Source: Candidatus Acetothermia bacterium
GTDB taxonomy: Bacteria > Bipolaricaulota > Bipolaricaulia > UBA7950
Reading direction: 5' to 3'
Assembly (NCBI GenBank): GCA_022684035.1
Contig: JAJHSB010000080.1
Span: 1 to 60,530 of the forward strand
DNA length: 60,530 nt
Below, piece after piece: positions 20,466-29,774 of the stretch. Every line of letters begins with the position of its first letter. Position 1 is the first letter of the stretch. The notes below the pieces were generated by a model. That model was not told the origin of the DNA. It did no database searches and saw only the letters and a program-made list of their open reading frames with translations. The position numbers and the translations under genes are program-made.

Positions 20466-20989
20466 AAGAAAAAGATGAATATATAAGTGAAATTCTCAAT
20501 ATCAGCCGAGTGAGCACAGTTACCAAAGGCGGGCGGACTCTGAAGTTCCGTGTTTTATTGGCACTCGGCGATCAAAAGGGTAAAGTTGGTATCGGCTTTG
20601 GCAAAACGATCGATATTCCACGTGCGATTGAACAAGCAACCCGCGATGCGAAAAAGCAGATGGTCGATGTTAAGATTGTCAATGGAACAATCCCCCATCA
20701 GGTAGAAGGAAAGTTCAAGGCAGCAACTGTAATGCTCAAGCCGGCCTATCCAGGGACAGGAGTTATTGCTGGAATGACAGTCGGAATGATTTGTCGCCTT
20801 GCGGGAATAAAAGATATCTTGACGAAATCGCTGGGCACCAATAATCCGGTCAATTTGGCGCAAGCAACGATCGAAGGATTAGAAAAATTACGCAGCGCAG
20901 CGGAGATTGGAAATTTACGTGATAAAGAACTCACCTCGACCGCCAAACCTGAAGCTAAAATAATAGATGGAGAAGAAGATGGAACTTAA
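20462..20989 (+). CDS. rpsE: 30S ribosomal protein uS5
   Basis: [10 protein letters not shown]...[13 protein letters not shown]; TTG 20462 after aaggagg. Confidence 0.95.
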   Translation: MKEKDEYISEILNISRVSTVTKGGRTLKFRVLLALGDQKGKVGIGFGKTIDIPRAIEQATRDAKKQMVDVKIVNGTIPHQVEGKFKAATVMLKPAYPGTGVIAGMTVGMICRLAGIKDILTKSLGTNNPVNLAQATIEGLEKLRSAAEIGNLRDKELTSTAKPEAKIIDGEEDGT

Positions 20990-21425
20990 GGATCTGCGCC
21001 CCACACGAGGGAGTGTTAAACGGCGGAAACGGATCGGTCGAGGACATGGTTCTGGTCATGGCGGCCATGCGAGTGGCAGAGGGACTAAGGGACAGAATGC
21101 GCGCAGCGGTAGAGGCACACGCTTAGGGTATGAAGGTGGTCAAACTCCGCTGTGGATGCGATTTCCAAAACGAGGTTTCCATAACTACACACGCACAGAG
21201 TATTCAATCATCAATGTTGACATTCTGGCAGAACGATTTGAAAGTGGAGCGGAAATCACTTTAGAAAGATTACGTGAGATGGGGATAATTCGCCAACCAC
21301 AAAGAAGACTGAAGGTGTTAGGGAGAGGAGAGCTCTCCAAATCACTCATTGTCAAAGCAGATCAATTCACGAAAACAGCTCAAGCTAAGATTGAGCAGGC
21401 AGGTGGCAGAGCGGAGGTGCTTTAA
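20979..21425 (+). CDS. rplO: 50S ribosomal protein uL15
   Basis: RIGRGHGSG...GRGTKGQNARSG...YEGGQTPL..RFPKRGF. Confidence 0.97.
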   Translation: MELKDLRPTRGSVKRRKRIGRGHGSGHGGHASGRGTKGQNARSGRGTRLGYEGGQTPLWMRFPKRGFHNYTRTEYSIINVDILAERFESGAEITLERLREMGIIRQPQRRLKVLGRGELSKSLIVKADQFTKTAQAKIEQAGGRAEVL

Positions 21426-21427
21426 TT

Positions 21428-22708
21428 ATGTGGGATAAATTTGCTCAGATATTTAGAATCCCGGAGTTACGCAAGCGAATTGTATATACTCTCGGAGTTT
21501 TGGTTGTCTTTCGCATTGGAACACATATTGCGCTGCCGGGAGTCGATGCAGAAGGTCTGCGCGCTTTCTTTGCCGAAGGAATCTTCGGCTTTCTCGATAT
21601 GTTTGTCGGAGGGGCGTTAGGCCGCTTTTCACTCTTTGCACTCGGCGTTGGACCGTATATCAATGCATCGATTATAATGAGCTTGCTCGTGCCGATCATT
21701 CCAAAATTAAAAGAGATGCAGCAGCAAGGACGGGAAGGGCAACGCCAGATCAACAAGTATACCCGCTATGGAACATTGGGGTTAGCTGTTGTGCAATCGA
21801 TCGGAATATCTGCCCTCGTTGTCGGAGAAGGACTTGCACCAGCGACCACATGGTTTTATCTGACTTCAATACTTACTCTTACCACCGGAACGATGTTACT
21901 GATGTGGATAGGAGAACGGATTACTGAGAATGGTATTGGTAATGGAATCTCGATGTTGATAATGATTGGGATCATTGCCGAGTTTCCGCGGCAGCTTTAC
22001 GCTGTCTATACCGAAGTGATTCTGGGAGTGGTCCATCCGATTTGGGCGATTGTGATGTTGGCAGTTATGGTTGCGCTGATAGCTGGAGTGGTAACAGTGC
22101 AACAGGGGCGGAGGAAGATCATGATCCAGTACGCTAAACGGACCTCAGGCCGCCGTGTCTATGGTGGTCATTCTTCCCATCTCCCGATCAGGGTAAATCA
22201 AGGCGGGGTTATTCCTGTTATCTTTGCCTCCGCGCTCCTTTCCATCCCGGTCACAGTAGTACAATTTCTTCCTGCTCTCGCATGGTTGGGTCCCTACGTT
22301 GAGATGGGAAGTCTTCCATATATGATTGCATTTGTATTGATGATCTTCTTCTTTACATACTTTTACAGCTCGATAACTTTTGATCCTAATGATGTGGCAA
22401 AGAATATCCGCGAGTCAGGCGGGTTTATCCCGGGAGTCCGACCGGGAAATCCCACTGCTACTCACATTTCTGCCATTCTGAGTCGAATACTTTTAGTCGG
22501 AGCATTATTCCTTGCTGTAATATCTGTCTTTCCATTTGTCTTTGCCGATATCAGCGGGATCAGAGGGTTTCTGGTGGGGGGGATAGGGCTGCTGATCGTT
22601 GTCGGAGTTGGGCTTGACACTCTGATGCAGATTGAGGCTCATCTGACGATGCGCCATTATGAGAGCATTACAAAGGGTGGCGCCCTGCTCGGAAGGAGAA
22701 GGTGGTGA
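21428..22708 (+). CDS. secY: Preprotein translocase subunit SecY
   Basis: FSLFALGVGPYINASII, GERITENGIGNGISM, GVIPVIFAS, GFIPGVRPG. Confidence 0.98.
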   Translation: MWDKFAQIFRIPELRKRIVYTLGVLVVFRIGTHIALPGVDAEGLRAFFAEGIFGFLDMFVGGALGRFSLFALGVGPYINASIIMSLLVPIIPKLKEMQQQGREGQRQINKYTRYGTLGLAVVQSIGISALVVGEGLAPATTWFYLTSILTLTTGTMLLMWIGERITENGIGNGISMLIMIGIIAEFPRQLYAVYTEVILGVVHPIWAIVMLAVMVALIAGVVTVQQGRRKIMIQYAKRTSGRRVYGGHSSHLPIRVNQGGVIPVIFASALLSIPVTVVQFLPALAWLGPYVEMGSLPYMIAFVLMIFFFTYFYSSITFDPNDVAKNIRESGGFIPGVRPGNPTATHISAILSRILLVGALFLAVISVFPFVFADISGIRGFLVGGIGLLIVVGVGLDTLMQIEAHLTMRHYESITKGGALLGRRRW

Positions 22709-23346
22709 GAGAGTTAACCACAATCGCGTTGACTATTCTCGGTCCTCCCGGAGCAGGTAAAGGAACACAAGCAAAGATGATCGCAAAGGATACCGGCCTG
22801 GTACATCTATCTACCGGTGATATTCTGCGGGATGAATTAGCACGCGGAAGCAAGTTGGGGCAGGAAGCGAAGGAGTACATGGATAAAGGAGAGCTGCTAC
22901 CCGATGATCTTATGATTAAGATGATCGAGGAACGCATCAACGAGCAGGATGGCTTTATTTTAGACGGCTTTCCTCGTACACTTGCGCAAGCCGAGGCTTT
23001 GGAGAAGATTGTTGCACTTGATTTTGCGATCAATATTACTTTGTCGCGAGAAGAAGTCATCCTTCGCCTTACCGCGCGTCGCGCTTGCACCGAGTGCGGA
23101 AGAATCTATAATTTGCAGTTTGATCCACCAGCGGGTAATGATGAATCGTGCGATAATTGTGGTATAAAACTTGTGCAACGCGACGATGACAGACCAGCAG
23201 TGATCGAAAAGCGGTTCGATATTTATATGGCAGCTACTCGTCCGTTAATTGAATTTTATCGTCAGCGAGGAATACTGGTCGAGGTAAATGGCGCAGCTAC
23301 CCAAAGAGAGATCTTTGCGCAAATTATGAGCATCATCGCCGTATGA
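22705..23346 (+). CDS. adk: Adenylate kinase (Zn-LID type)
   Basis: GPPGAGKGTQ, DGFPR, CTEC...CDNC LID. Confidence 0.96.
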   Translation: MRELTTIALTILGPPGAGKGTQAKMIAKDTGLVHLSTGDILRDELARGSKLGQEAKEYMDKGELLPDDLMIKMIEERINEQDGFILDGFPRTLAQAEALEKIVALDFAINITLSREEVILRLTARRACTECGRIYNLQFDPPAGNDESCDNCGIKLVQRDDDRPAVIEKRFDIYMAATRPLIEFYRQRGILVEVNGAATQREIFAQIMSIIAV

Positions 23347-24125
23347 TTGCAGTTAAAACGAGTGGCGAAATGGCTGTGCTACGTGAGAATGGTGCTACCC
23401 TGGCAGCGATAGTGCAGAGACTACGCAGTAAGATAAAACCGGGAATAAGTACGGCGTATTTAGATAATATTGCAGCTGAGTTGATCAGGGAGCAGGGAGC
23501 AATAGCAGCCTTTAAAGGATATCGCGACTTTCCGGCGACGATATGCGCTTCAATCAATGAAGAGATTGTACATGGCATTCCTTCTACTAAGAGGGTTCTC
23601 CGTGACGGAGATATCATCTCAATCGATATCGGTTTAATACGAAACGGTTTTTATGCCGATATGGCGATTACAGTGCCGGTAGGAGAAGTATCGTTGCAAG
23701 CACGAAAATTAATATTGATTACACAAGCCGCCTTGTCACGAGGGATCAATCAGGTTAAAATAGGTAATCGGGTGTCGGATATCTCGCATGCGATTGGCCG
23801 CTGTATCGAAGGAGCAGGATTTTATCCTGTGAAAGAGTATGCTGGCCATGGTATTGGGAGAGAATTACACGAAGATCCTTCGATTCCTAACTACGGCCTT
23901 CCCAACCAGGGGGGAGCAATGTTGCGCGCCGGGATGGTCTTAGCGCTTGAGCCGATGGCGAAGACAGATTCTCTACCAGTTAGGGTGATGCCGGATGGAT
24001 GGACCGTAGTGACTGCGACACGAGGTCTTGCTGCTCATTGCGAACATATGGTTGCACTGACGGAAGATGGGGTTGAAGTACTGACGAAGATTAAATTTCC
24101 AAAAGAGACGAGTGAGTGTAAATGA
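23343..24125 (+). CDS. map: Methionine aminopeptidase type I
   Basis: SINEEIVHGIP, GHGIGRELHEDP, ALEPM, AHCEH. Confidence 0.96.
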   Translation: MIAVKTSGEMAVLRENGATLAAIVQRLRSKIKPGISTAYLDNIAAELIREQGAIAAFKGYRDFPATICASINEEIVHGIPSTKRVLRDGDIISIDIGLIRNGFYADMAITVPVGEVSLQARKLILITQAALSRGINQVKIGNRVSDISHAIGRCIEGAGFYPVKEYAGHGIGRELHEDPSIPNYGLPNQGGAMLRAGMVLALEPMAKTDSLPVRVMPDGWTVVTATRGLAAHCEHMVALTEDGVEVLTKIKFPKETSECK

Positions 24126-24159
24126 GTAGAGACGAAACGAGGAGGTGCGTTAGCAAGCT

Positions 24160-24399
24160 GTGGTAAAGGCAGAAGGTCCGGTGAAGAAAAGAGATGTTAT
24201 CCGGATGCGGGGGAAAGTTATTGAAAGTTTGTCCAATTCAATGTTTCGCGTGAAGTTGGAAAATGAGCATATCGTTCTCTGTCATATATCAGGCCGGATT
24301 CGGAAAAACTACATCCGGATTTTAACAGGAGATCATGTAGCCGTCGAATTTTCTCCGTACGACTTGACTAAAGGACGGATCATCTACCGGGATAAATGA
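24160..24399 (+). CDS. infA: Translation initiation factor IF-1
   Basis: SMFRVKLEN...[17 protein letters not shown]. Confidence 0.96.
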   Translation: MVKAEGPVKKRDVIRMRGKVIESLSNSMFRVKLENEHIVLCHISGRIRKNYIRILTGDHVAVEFSPYDLTKGRIIYRDK

Positions 24400-24437
24400 A
24401 TCCAGAGCTCTTTGCCCCTAGTTTATAATTACTGGTT

Positions 24438-24551
24438 ATGAAAGTTAGAAGTTCGGTAAAAAAGATTTGTGCTAAATGTAAGATCATCCGCAGAGATGGG
24501 TATGTAAGAATTATCTGTCGTAATCCGAAACATAAACAACGGCAGGGCTAA
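24438..24551 (+). CDS. rpmJ: 50S ribosomal protein bL36 (not in ORF track)
   Basis: Manual translation [37 protein letters not shown]. Confidence 0.97.
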   Translation: MKVRSSVKKICAKCKIIRRDGYVRIICRNPKHKQRQG

Positions 24552-24584
24552 AATAAAATGACCTGCCTCATGGAATACTACTTC

Positions 24585-24644
24585 TCCTGTGCAGTCCCGA
24601 TGAATCTCTATTTCACGGGATTGCACAGGAATTCCCATGGGAAT
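24585..24644. repeat. REP-like long hairpin plus adjacent perfect 14-bp palindrome
   Basis: cctgtgcagtcccg(a)tgaa / ttcacgggattgcacagg (24586-24629); attcccatgggaat (24631-24644). Confidence 0.7.
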
Positions 24645-24670
24645 ACGATTTTACAGGTGGGAGGACTAAG

Positions 24671-25036
24671 ATGGCAAGAATAGCCGGAGTTGATTTACCA
24701 AAACATAAGCGAATTGAAATAGGAATTTCTTATATATACGGAGTTGGGAAATTTATTGCTAAGGAGATATTGCAAAAAACAGGGATATCACCTGATGTGC
24801 GAGTAAAAGATCTTACCGAAAAAGAGATCGCTGACTTACAACAAACACTCGATAACTATATGATAGAAGGAGATCTACGCCGTAAGATTCACTCCGATAT
24901 CAGTCGATTAAAAGCGATCAATTGCTATCGTGGGATCAGGCATAAATTGCGACTTCCAGTGCGTGGCCAGCGAACACGAGCCAATGCACGAACGTGGAAA
25001 GGACCACGTCCGGCCAAAGCAGGGAAGAAGAGGTAA
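24671..25036 (+). CDS. rpsM: 30S ribosomal protein uS13
   Basis: MARIAGVDLP...YRGIRHKLRLPVRGQRT. Confidence 0.97.
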   Translation: MARIAGVDLPKHKRIEIGISYIYGVGKFIAKEILQKTGISPDVRVKDLTEKEIADLQQTLDNYMIEGDLRRKIHSDISRLKAINCYRGIRHKLRLPVRGQRTRANARTWKGPRPAKAGKKR

Positions 25037-25038
25037 CG

Positions 25039-25371
25039 ATGGTCAAAAACATAAAAATTGATAAGGCGCAAATTCATATACATGCTAGTTTTAATAACAC
25101 AATTATTACATTGACTGATCTAAAAGGCAATCCAATTACATGGAAGAGTCCGGGAGTGGTCGGCTATAAAGGATCGCGCAAAGGAACACCTTACGCAGCG
25201 CAGATGGCGACTGAGGCACTGATACGTGATATGAAAGAGTATGGGGTCAAAGCAGCAATGGTGCTGGTAAAAGGAACAGGTCCAGGACGACAAGCAGTTA
25301 TCCAGACGATTAAAGGATCGGGGATTCGCGTCGATGAGATTAAAAACGTCACGTCGGTATCGTATAGCTAA
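25039..25371 (+). CDS. rpsK: 30S ribosomal protein uS11, lacking the C-terminal tail
   Basis: HIHASFNNTIITLTD...GYKGSRKGTPYAAQ; ends IKNVTSVSYS*. Confidence 0.95.
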   Translation: MVKNIKIDKAQIHIHASFNNTIITLTDLKGNPITWKSPGVVGYKGSRKGTPYAAQMATEALIRDMKEYGVKAAMVLVKGTGPGRQAVIQTIKGSGIRVDEIKNVTSVSYS

Positions 25372-25382
25372 AGGAGCAATAG

Positions 25383-26006
25383 ATGGGAAGAGATAGGGGA
25401 TTGAAATGCCGGCAATGCCGACGAGAAGGAGAGAAGCTGTTTCTGAAAGGGGACAGATGTTATACCCCCAAGTGTAGCATTGAGAAAGAAGCAAAACCTC
25501 CTGGAGATCAACCCAAACGGTGGCGTTCACGTAAGACTCCGTATGTAGTCCGGTTGAGAGAGAAGCAGAAACTGCGCCGAATATACGGGATTAGAGAAAG
25601 ACAGTTTAAAAATTATGTCTTGTTAGCTAAGACAGGAAAAGAAGCAGCAAGAGATGCTTTGCCCTCTATCTTGGAACGACGTCTGGACAGTGTGATATAT
25701 CGCTCTGGATTTGCTGCTTCACGTACGCAAGCCCGTCAACTAATATCACATGGGCATTTTGAGATCAATGGGCGCAGAGTGGATATTCCCTCGTACCTGG
25801 TTAACGAGGGTGATGTGATCAGCGTTAAAGAATCACGGCTTAGTTGGGTCAAAGAGATTGCCGCAGAGAACAAGGGCCGCACGTTTCCCAACTGGTTAGA
25901 GAAAGATGACGAAGCATTGAAAATTCAAGTTATCGGCCGTCCTAGCCCCGAGGATGTCGATTATACTATTAATTATGATCAAATCATCGAGTTTTATTCC
26001 CGTTAG
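25383..26006 (+). CDS. rpsD: 30S ribosomal protein uS4
   Basis: CRQCRREGEKLFLKG...LERRLDSVIYRSGFAASRTQARQL. Confidence 0.97.
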   Translation: MGRDRGLKCRQCRREGEKLFLKGDRCYTPKCSIEKEAKPPGDQPKRWRSRKTPYVVRLREKQKLRRIYGIRERQFKNYVLLAKTGKEAARDALPSILERRLDSVIYRSGFAASRTQARQLISHGHFEINGRRVDIPSYLVNEGDVISVKESRLSWVKEIAAENKGRTFPNWLEKDDEALKIQVIGRPSPEDVDYTINYDQIIEFYSR

Positions 26007-26017
26007 GAGCAACAGGA

Positions 26018-26983
26018 ATGACAAATTTCATTTTACCTGATAGCGTGTTTATAAAGGAACTGACAGATCGATACGGAAAGATCGTCATGGAGCCGCTGGA
26101 AAGAGGATATGGAATGACAATCGGCAATGCACTACGACGGGTGCTTTTATCTTCTATTCCCGGCGCAGCAGTGGTACGGGTTGTTTTCGATGGCAAATAC
26201 CATGAGTACGAAACGATTACCGGAGTTCGAGAGACAGTACTCGAAATTATTCTCAATATAAAGGAGCTTGCGCTTCGGCTATTAAATAACGGTGTAGAAC
26301 GCCTTTATATCAATAAAAAAGGGCCTTGCCGAATAAGAGCGGCGGATATTGAACCGAATGTCAATGTGCAAATTATCAATCACGATCTGCATATCGCCTC
26401 TCTTAACACGGAAGGGAAGCTTGACTTGGAGATGGAAATTGAGACTGGATACGGCTATCGTCCGGCAGAGTTGAATCGTCTGGAGGATTCGCCGCGGGCG
26501 CTTATTCCGGTTGACTCTGATTTTTCTCCTGTTAAACAAGTTAACTTCAAAATAGAAGAGATGCGTGTCGGAGGTCGGACCGGTTACGAGCGATTACTCC
26601 TCGATCTAACGACTGATGGAGGGATAAGACCGGAAGAGGCAATAAACGAAGCAGCTCATATTTTGCAAATGCACTTTAACTTATTTGAAAAATTTGCTGA
26701 ACATCCATTCCGAATCGAAAAAAGCAACGTACTATCAGGCGAAGAGACTCTGCTTGACCAAGCTCCGGCAGTGCCGTTAAGCGAATTAGATTTTGATGTG
26801 CGGACACTCAATGTACTTTTGAAAGCAGGGATAACAACGATAGATGATCTGCGCAATCGTTCCCGGGAAGAGCTCAGTGATTTTCATGGTTTGGGACCGA
26901 AGACCTTGGCCAAAATAATTGCCAAACTGGCTGATTATGATAGTGCGAGAGAAAAGCAAGAAGGAGGAGTCAGTGAGACATAG
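26018..26983 (+). CDS. rpoA: RNA polymerase alpha subunit
   Basis: EPLERGYGMTIGNALRRVLLSSIPG; alpha-CTD VRTLNVL. Confidence 0.97.
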   Translation: MTNFILPDSVFIKELTDRYGKIVMEPLERGYGMTIGNALRRVLLSSIPGAAVVRVVFDGKYHEYETITGVRETVLEIILNIKELALRLLNNGVERLYINKKGPCRIRAADIEPNVNVQIINHDLHIASLNTEGKLDLEMEIETGYGYRPAELNRLEDSPRALIPVDSDFSPVKQVNFKIEEMRVGGRTGYERLLLDLTTDGGIRPEEAINEAAHILQMHFNLFEKFAEHPFRIEKSNVLSGEETLLDQAPAVPLSELDFDVRTLNVLLKAGITTIDDLRNRSREELSDFHGLGPKTLAKIIAKLADYDSAREKQEGGVSET

Positions 26984-27323
26984 ACGAACAACCCCGAAGT
27001 TGAGCATGCAAAAGAGCCACCGAAAGAGTGTACTGGCGAATTTAGCAAAAGAGCTGATTACGCATGAAAAAGTCGATACGACATTTGCCTGTGGTAAAGC
27101 AGCGCAACCATATGCAGAAAAGATGATTACCCTGGGGCGGCGTGGTGACCTCCACGCACGCCGCATAGTCTTTTCCAAATTTCAGGATAAAGCAGTGGTC
27201 GATAGATTGTTCACCGAAATCGGACCGCGCTATAAAGAGCGGCAAGGTGGATATACGCGCTTATTGAAATTGGGACCGCGCCAAGGCGATGGCGCGGAAA
27301 TGGTACGAATATTGCTCGTCTGA
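26973..27323 (+). CDS. rplQ: 50S ribosomal protein bL17
   Basis: MRHRR...RQGGYTRLLKLGPRQGDGAEM; GTG 26973 after ggagg. Confidence 0.96.
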   Translation: MRHRRTTPKLSMQKSHRKSVLANLAKELITHEKVDTTFACGKAAQPYAEKMITLGRRGDLHARRIVFSKFQDKAVVDRLFTEIGPRYKERQGGYTRLLKLGPRQGDGAEMVRILLV

Positions 27324-27355
27324 TTGCAAAGATTGGTTCTAAACAGCAGGAAAAT

Positions 27356-27432
27356 GGGGGGTCAGGCCTTCATTTTTAGGATTATTTGTGATAATTGAGG
27401 CTACCATGGCAAGACCATTGCGATTAGAGTAG
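27356..27432 (+). pseudogene. Relic of a REP-associated tyrosine transposase (RAYT-like) 5' end
   Basis: gagg then ATG GCA AGA CCA TTG CGA TTA GAG TAG (MARPLRLE*) at 27406-27432, recalling the MARPLR(I/L)EY N-terminus of Y1/RAYT transposases; preceded by ggggtcaggccttcatttt. Confidence 0.55.
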
Positions 27433-27596
27433 CACGATAGACAGCAATCAGCTCTTAGCCTATCAGCAACTTACATAAGCTACGAACTCTTTTCTAACGA
27501 TTCACTAATCCCTTCTTTAAACCGTGAACCTCTTACCCTCTGTCTCCCTATAAACCCTGTGAATCCAACAAACTCAGATTAATTTGCAATTTTCCG

Positions 27597-28901
27597 TCAC
27601 TCAACTCGTTCAAGCACCAAAGGCGGTGCTTCTTGTTTGACAGGGGCAAACTGATATGCATCCTTGACTAAAGCGTAGGCGTGATCAAGATTTGCTTCAT
27701 CATTAACGTGCAAGATCGCCAGTATTTCTCCTGCCGATACACGATCATTGATTTTAGCGCAGAGTTCTATGCCCACTGCTGCATCGATCCTATCAGTTTT
27801 GACGGCTCTCCCTGCTCCGAGCAGATTAGCCGCCTGACCGATCGATAACGCATCGATCTGCTTCACATAACCGGTAGAAGGAGCAAGAATCTCCACCTTC
27901 TTGTTTGCGATCGGCAGGAGCGAACTATTATTGATCACTGCTGGGTCACCATTCTGTTCGATGATCATTGCGCGGAATTTACTCAATGCTGCGCCGTTAT
28001 AGAGTAACTGGCGCAGCTGGTTTGCACCCACGCTGCGATCGGTTACTTGGCCAGCAAAGATAAGGAGTTCCGCTCCAAGTTGACAACAGAGTTCTTCTAA
28101 ATCAGAAGGACCTTCTCCCTTCAAGGTAGCGATTGCCTCTCGTACTTCGAGAGCATTTCCCACCATTCGTCCCAACGGCTGCGACATATTGGTGATCAAT
28201 GCAGTGATCCGGCGGTCGAGACGTTTTCCAATCGCCACCAGTGATTGTGCCAATCGGCGTGATTGATCGATATTGGACAGGAAGGCGCCTGAACCTGTTT
28301 TGACATCGATTACAATCGCCCGCGCGCCACCGGCAATCTTCTTTGACATAATCGAAGAGACGATTAGAGGAAGAGATTCTATCGTTGCTGTAACATCACG
28401 TAATTTATAGAATAATTGATCAGCCGGGACCACATCGGCGCTATGGTTGGCGATGACTAAACCGCAGCGTTGAGCTGATTGCAAAAATTCTTCTGTTGAG
28501 AGATCGGTACGAAGGCCAGGGATCGACTCCAATTTATCGATCGTCCCGCCGGTATGGCCGAGAGAACGGCCGGAGAGTTTCGCCATGACAAGGCCGGCAG
28601 CAGCGACAAGCGGAGCCAGAACTAAGGTCGTCTTATCTCCTACTCCGCCGGTGGAGTGTTTGTCAACCGTGTAGCCGCAAATCTTGGTCAGATCGATCGT
28701 CGTGCCGGACTGGACCATCACCTCAGTGAGAATCGCTGTCTCTTCATCATCCATTCCGCGCAGATAGATCGCCATCAGCAGGGCTGAGATCTGATAATCA
28801 GGGATATGTCGTTTGACATATCCATCAATGAGAAATTTCAGCTCCTCTTTGCACAGCCGGTTACCATCACGTTTTTTCTTGATTATATCTACTGTTCGCA
28901 T
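27597..28901 (-). CDS. pdp: Pyrimidine-nucleoside phosphorylase
   Basis: VDKHSTGGVGDK, KLSGRSLGHTGGTIDKLESIPG, SIMSKKIAGG. Confidence 0.95.
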   Translation of the reverse strand: MRTVDIIKKKRDGNRLCKEELKFLIDGYVKRHIPDYQISALLMAIYLRGMDDEETAILTEVMVQSGTTIDLTKICGYTVDKHSTGGVGDKTTLVLAPLVAAAGLVMAKLSGRSLGHTGGTIDKLESIPGLRTDLSTEEFLQSAQRCGLVIANHSADVVPADQLFYKLRDVTATIESLPLIVSSIMSKKIAGGARAIVIDVKTGSGAFLSNIDQSRRLAQSLVAIGKRLDRRITALITNMSQPLGRMVGNALEVREAIATLKGEGPSDLEELCCQLGAELLIFAGQVTDRSVGANQLRQLLYNGAALSKFRAMIIEQNGDPAVINNSSLLPIANKKVEILAPSTGYVKQIDALSIGQAANLLGAGRAVKTDRIDAAVGIELCAKINDRVSAGEILAILHVNDEANLDHAYALVKDAYQFAPVKQEAPPLVLERVE

Positions 28902-28945
28902 TGTTTTGATTCTTCTCCTATCTACTGTGGTTAATGGTTTTGCTA

Positions 28946-29617
28946 CTACTCTTCGGCGCCGTGGAGAATCGCCGGGCCGCTGCTGGTACCGATGCGCGTT
29001 GCTCCAGCTTCGATCATCGCTATTGCGGCGTGATAATCTCTGATCCCGCCGGATGCTTTGACACCGATCATTTTACCCACTGTCTTTCGCAGCAGTATGA
29101 CATCTTCTATTGTTGCTCCGCCTTGCGCAAAGCCGGTCGAGGTTTTGACAAAATCCGCGCCAGCAGCTTTGGCCAAGATTGCACCGGCGATCTTCTCATC
29201 TGTGGTGAGGAGAGTCGTTTCTAAAATTATTTTAAGAATCAACGGGCGTGGAGACTTCGCGATTACTTCGTTGACCAATTGGATTTCCTCAAGGATAATA
29301 CGATAGTCGCCCTCTTTGAGCGCGGTAATATTGATCACCATATCAAGTTCATCAGCTCCGTCATCGATCGCCTCCTTCGCCTCCATCGCTTTGACCCGAC
29401 CAACATTGCAGCCATGGGGAAACCCGATCACCGTACATACCTTAACTTTACTTTCCGCGAGTAATTGACCAGCAAGTGGTACATAGTACGGAGATACGCA
29501 AACAGCAGCAAATCCATAGCGACTTGCTTCGGCACATATCTTCTTGATATCAGTTGCCGTTGTAGTCGGTCCGAGTGCTGTGTGATCGATCAATTTAGCC
29601 AGTTCAGCTCGTTTCAT
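28946..29617 (-). CDS. deoC: Deoxyribose-phosphate aldolase
   Basis: IDHTAL, GADELDMVIN, ADFVKTSTGF, VKASGGIR. Confidence 0.96.
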   Translation of the reverse strand: MKRAELAKLIDHTALGPTTTATDIKKICAEASRYGFAAVCVSPYYVPLAGQLLAESKVKVCTVIGFPHGCNVGRVKAMEAKEAIDDGADELDMVINITALKEGDYRIILEEIQLVNEVIAKSPRPLILKIILETTLLTTDEKIAGAILAKAAGADFVKTSTGFAQGGATIEDVILLRKTVGKMIGVKASGGIRDYHAAIAMIEAGATRIGTSSGPAILHGAEE

Positions 29618-29661
29618 CTCTCCTCCAGAACACGAAGTATACCATTCTTCATCCGGTCGGT

Positions 29662-29759
29662 GTAGCCACTTAAGCTATTTAGGTTGAAGACCGCAGACTT
29701 AAAGTATCTTTATCCTTAACCTTTCCATCTTCGACTTTCAGCCGATCCTAAGTAGTCAT
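29662..29759. repeat. Miniature imperfect inverted-repeat element (copy B, same family as 563-684)
   Basis: gtagccacttaagctatttaggttgaagaccgcagac ... cctaagtagtca; shares ~46 nt with copy A in inverted orientation. Confidence 0.7.
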
Positions 29760-29774
29760 TTTCCTCTTACATTT

